NCBI GenBank assembly: GCA_964016885.1
Contig: OZ024740.1
Location: forward strand, 62,558,001-62,622,000
Length of the DNA: 64,000 bases
Source: Eledone cirrhosa
Lineage: Eukaryota
Direction of reading: 5' to 3'
Shown: positions 61,725 through 64,000 of the stretch, piece after piece
Numbering within the stretch: position 1 is the first letter of the stretch
How the letters are laid out: each line of letters opens with the position of its first letter
Program-made: the position numbers and the translations under genes
Notes under the pieces: model-generated
Seen by the model: the letters and a program-made list of their open reading frames with translations, nothing else
Told to the model about the DNA's origin: nothing
Databases searched by the model: none

Positions 61725-62008
61725 TGTGATTTCTCAGGGCATGTTGTTAGAATGTCTCGGGAAAGAATCGCTGGATAGATTTTTCGAGCAAAACCAATCG
61801 ACAAGAGACCCAGGGGTATACATCCATAAGCTTGGGGATCCAGCTGAATCAGTTGGAAACGGTTGTTTCTGACAGGACCCACTGGATGGAGCGTTTGAGG
61901 ACTCTGCCCCACGACCCTTTCAGGAATAAGCGGGCGAAGAAGAAGAAGAAGAAGAAGAAGAAGAAGAAGAAGAAGAAGAAGAAGAAGAAGAAGAAGAAGA
62001 AGAAGAAG
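61725..62008 (+). mobile_element. RTE LINE 3' end with a (GAA)n tail
   Basis: GHVVRMSRERIA..KRPRG; (GAA)n at 61936-62008. Confidence 0.72.
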
Positions 62009-62237
62009 ACATAGCTCAGTTGGGGTATGTAACAGCAGATTTGTATACAAGTCTCTAAATGCTGTGGTTTCTCGAGAAAGGACAAAGAAATTTGACTCGC
62101 ATCCTGTATGGTCAATTTATTAATGGTGCATATGAAATACATATGCAGTTTTTAGAGATAGAAGCTACATTACACGTGAGAAAGTCTTTATTTTTCTCTT
62201 TCGATGCCACTAGAGGAAGAAAAAAGCTCTTTCCCTT

Positions 62238-62598
62238 CTGAGTTCAGATCCCGCCGAGGTTAATTTTGCCTTTCATCCCCGCGGGGTCGATAAAATAAAG
62301 TACCAGTAATGCCCTGGTGTAATTGCTGGCATTGTGCCAGAAGTAGAAACAATTATTTAAAAGGATTCTTCAAACTTTTATCTAATCATTTAGGTCTTAC
62401 CTATAGAAGCATGACATGTTCGTCCTTTCATTCGGTAGAGGGTTGGACACCATGCTTTTCAGCAAGGAGTTACGTCCCTTTACTTCTGAGTTCAAATCCA
62501 TCCGAGGTTAACTTTACCTTTCATCCTTACGGAAATAAAGTACCAGTAATACACTGGCATAATTGCTGGCCTTGTGCCAAAAGTAGAAAAAATTATTA
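62238..62598 (+). mobile_element. Two SINE copies (62238-62357 truncated; 62430-62598)
   Basis: B box, Nin-like core and ttgctggc.ttgtgcca.aagtagaaa tail. Confidence 0.8.
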
Positions 62599-62725
62599 TT
62601 GATTTCATATAAGTATACTTATATTCTTTTTATAGACATTTATTAGCTTTTATTAATTGCATTTTTATTTTCCCTATAAATCATGTGCAATGTATATTTT
62701 ACCAGCCTCAACCTACTGCTAATTA

Positions 62726-64000
62726 CACCGTGTAATATAATTGTTGTTCCCCGGTTCTAAGTGTTATTTCCTGATTCATTATATCCCATTATTATTAAAA
62801 AAACACTATTATTTAATCAGAAGTTGGGGTTTGTGGTCAGGAGTTTGATATTTCGAAATTTTCATATTTTTCAAGAAAAAACACATTTAAAAAAAATTTA
62901 TCAGTTCATATAATTAAATCAACAGAGTATATATTTATTTTATTACACAAGCTTATCAAAAGCAAACAAGTAAAAACAAATAACACTTATAAAGCAACTT
63001 ATACACGTCAGAAATGACTGGATTTCCTGGATTTGCGGTTGTAGTCCAGGTCGCATTCCCGCACCAGCCCCCAGATCGAGTCCCCCATCATGTTTTAATT
63101 GTAGTGGCCCTGGTACCTCCGCTCTATCTCTTTCACATCTTGGTGGAATCGTTCGCCTTGTTCTTCTGAGTAGGCGCCCATATTGTCCTTGAATTTTTCC
63201 AGGTGAGCGTCCAGCATATGGAGTTTAAGCGACATCCTGTATTCCATGGCGCCAAAAGCCTTTATCAGATCCTGCACCAGTTGCTGGTAGTCTTCAGCTC
63301 TGTAGTTGCCCAGGAATCCCTTAACAACTGCCTTGAAACAGTTCCATACTGTTCTCTCAATCCTATTGAGCTTATTGAAGAACTCGGTAGACTCAAACAC
63401 CTTCTTTATCTGAGGTCCAACAAAAATTCCACCTTTGATTTTTGGCCTCAGATAACTTGGGGAAGAACTCAAGAAGGTACTTAAAAGCGGCTGATTCTTG
63501 GTTGAGAGCCTTCACAAACTGCTTCATCAACCCCAACTTAATGTGCAGTGGCGGCATGAGTACAATCCTGGGATCAACCAGTGGCTCCCACATGACGTTC
63601 TGGGTCCCAACTACAAATTCTGTTCGCTGCTCCCAGTTCTTTCTTTTATAGTGGTCAGAGGTGGCTCTGCTGTCCCAAAAGCAGAGGAAGCATTGAAATT
63701 TGATAAAGCCTCCTTGGAGTCCAAGCAGGAAAGCCACCATCTTGAAGTCTCCAATGATTTCCCAATTGTACTGGTTGTATTGCAGAGCTTCCAAGAGGAC
63801 TTTCACACTGTAGTAATCTTCTTTCAGGCAGACTGAATGAGCTAGGGCAGTGTCGGGAACTTGTTTCCATTGTGGAGGAGGACAGCCTTCAAACTTGTGG
63901 TGGAGCTGTCTATAAATAGCCGCCACTCCTTGGGCACAAACGGCACCCAATAACCTCAAACAGTCCATACACGTCATGGCAGAAGCAGAGGCCATCCTTC
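62726..64000 (-). mobile_element. Chapaev3-like (CMC superfamily) DNA transposon, 3' part, frameshifted transposase
   Basis: IIGDFKMV..LLGLQGG..K..CFLC.WDSRA, PPLHIKLGLMKQFVKAL, KIKGGIFVGPQI, MSLKLH.L..H, SEEQGERFHQD; candidate TIR tta|CACCGTGTAA at 62726. Confidence 0.78.

Overview
AT-rich, microsatellite-saturated eukaryotic DNA with no recognisable host gene. The Nin-domain tRNA-SINE and the repeat mix suggest an octopod cephalopod (inference). The window is a nest of mobile elements. It holds at least 9 Penelope-like element (PLE) remnants: two long open 5'-truncated RT+GIY-YIG ORFs, most resembling the Hydra clade, plus two other GIY-YIG types. It also holds RTE, Tx1/L1-like and CRE LINE fragments, about 10 SINE copies, a Chapaev3-like transposase, a foldback element and a possible Helitron. 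The main signal is invisible in the ORF track. Reading by eye I count 30 type I hammerhead ribozyme (HHR) motifs in 12 sequence families, most close to a (TA)n tract. They sit in PLE 3' ends, in ORF-less tandem retrozyme-like units (422-525 bp) and in small fold-back insertions. Four families carry unusually large stem II inserts (about 90-115 nt). A 260-bp tRNA-cloverleaf unit and several HHR-less units share the same tandem/inverted, TA-bounded architecture. All calls come from manual reading; element boundaries are approximate and clade names rest on recalled motifs, not searches.
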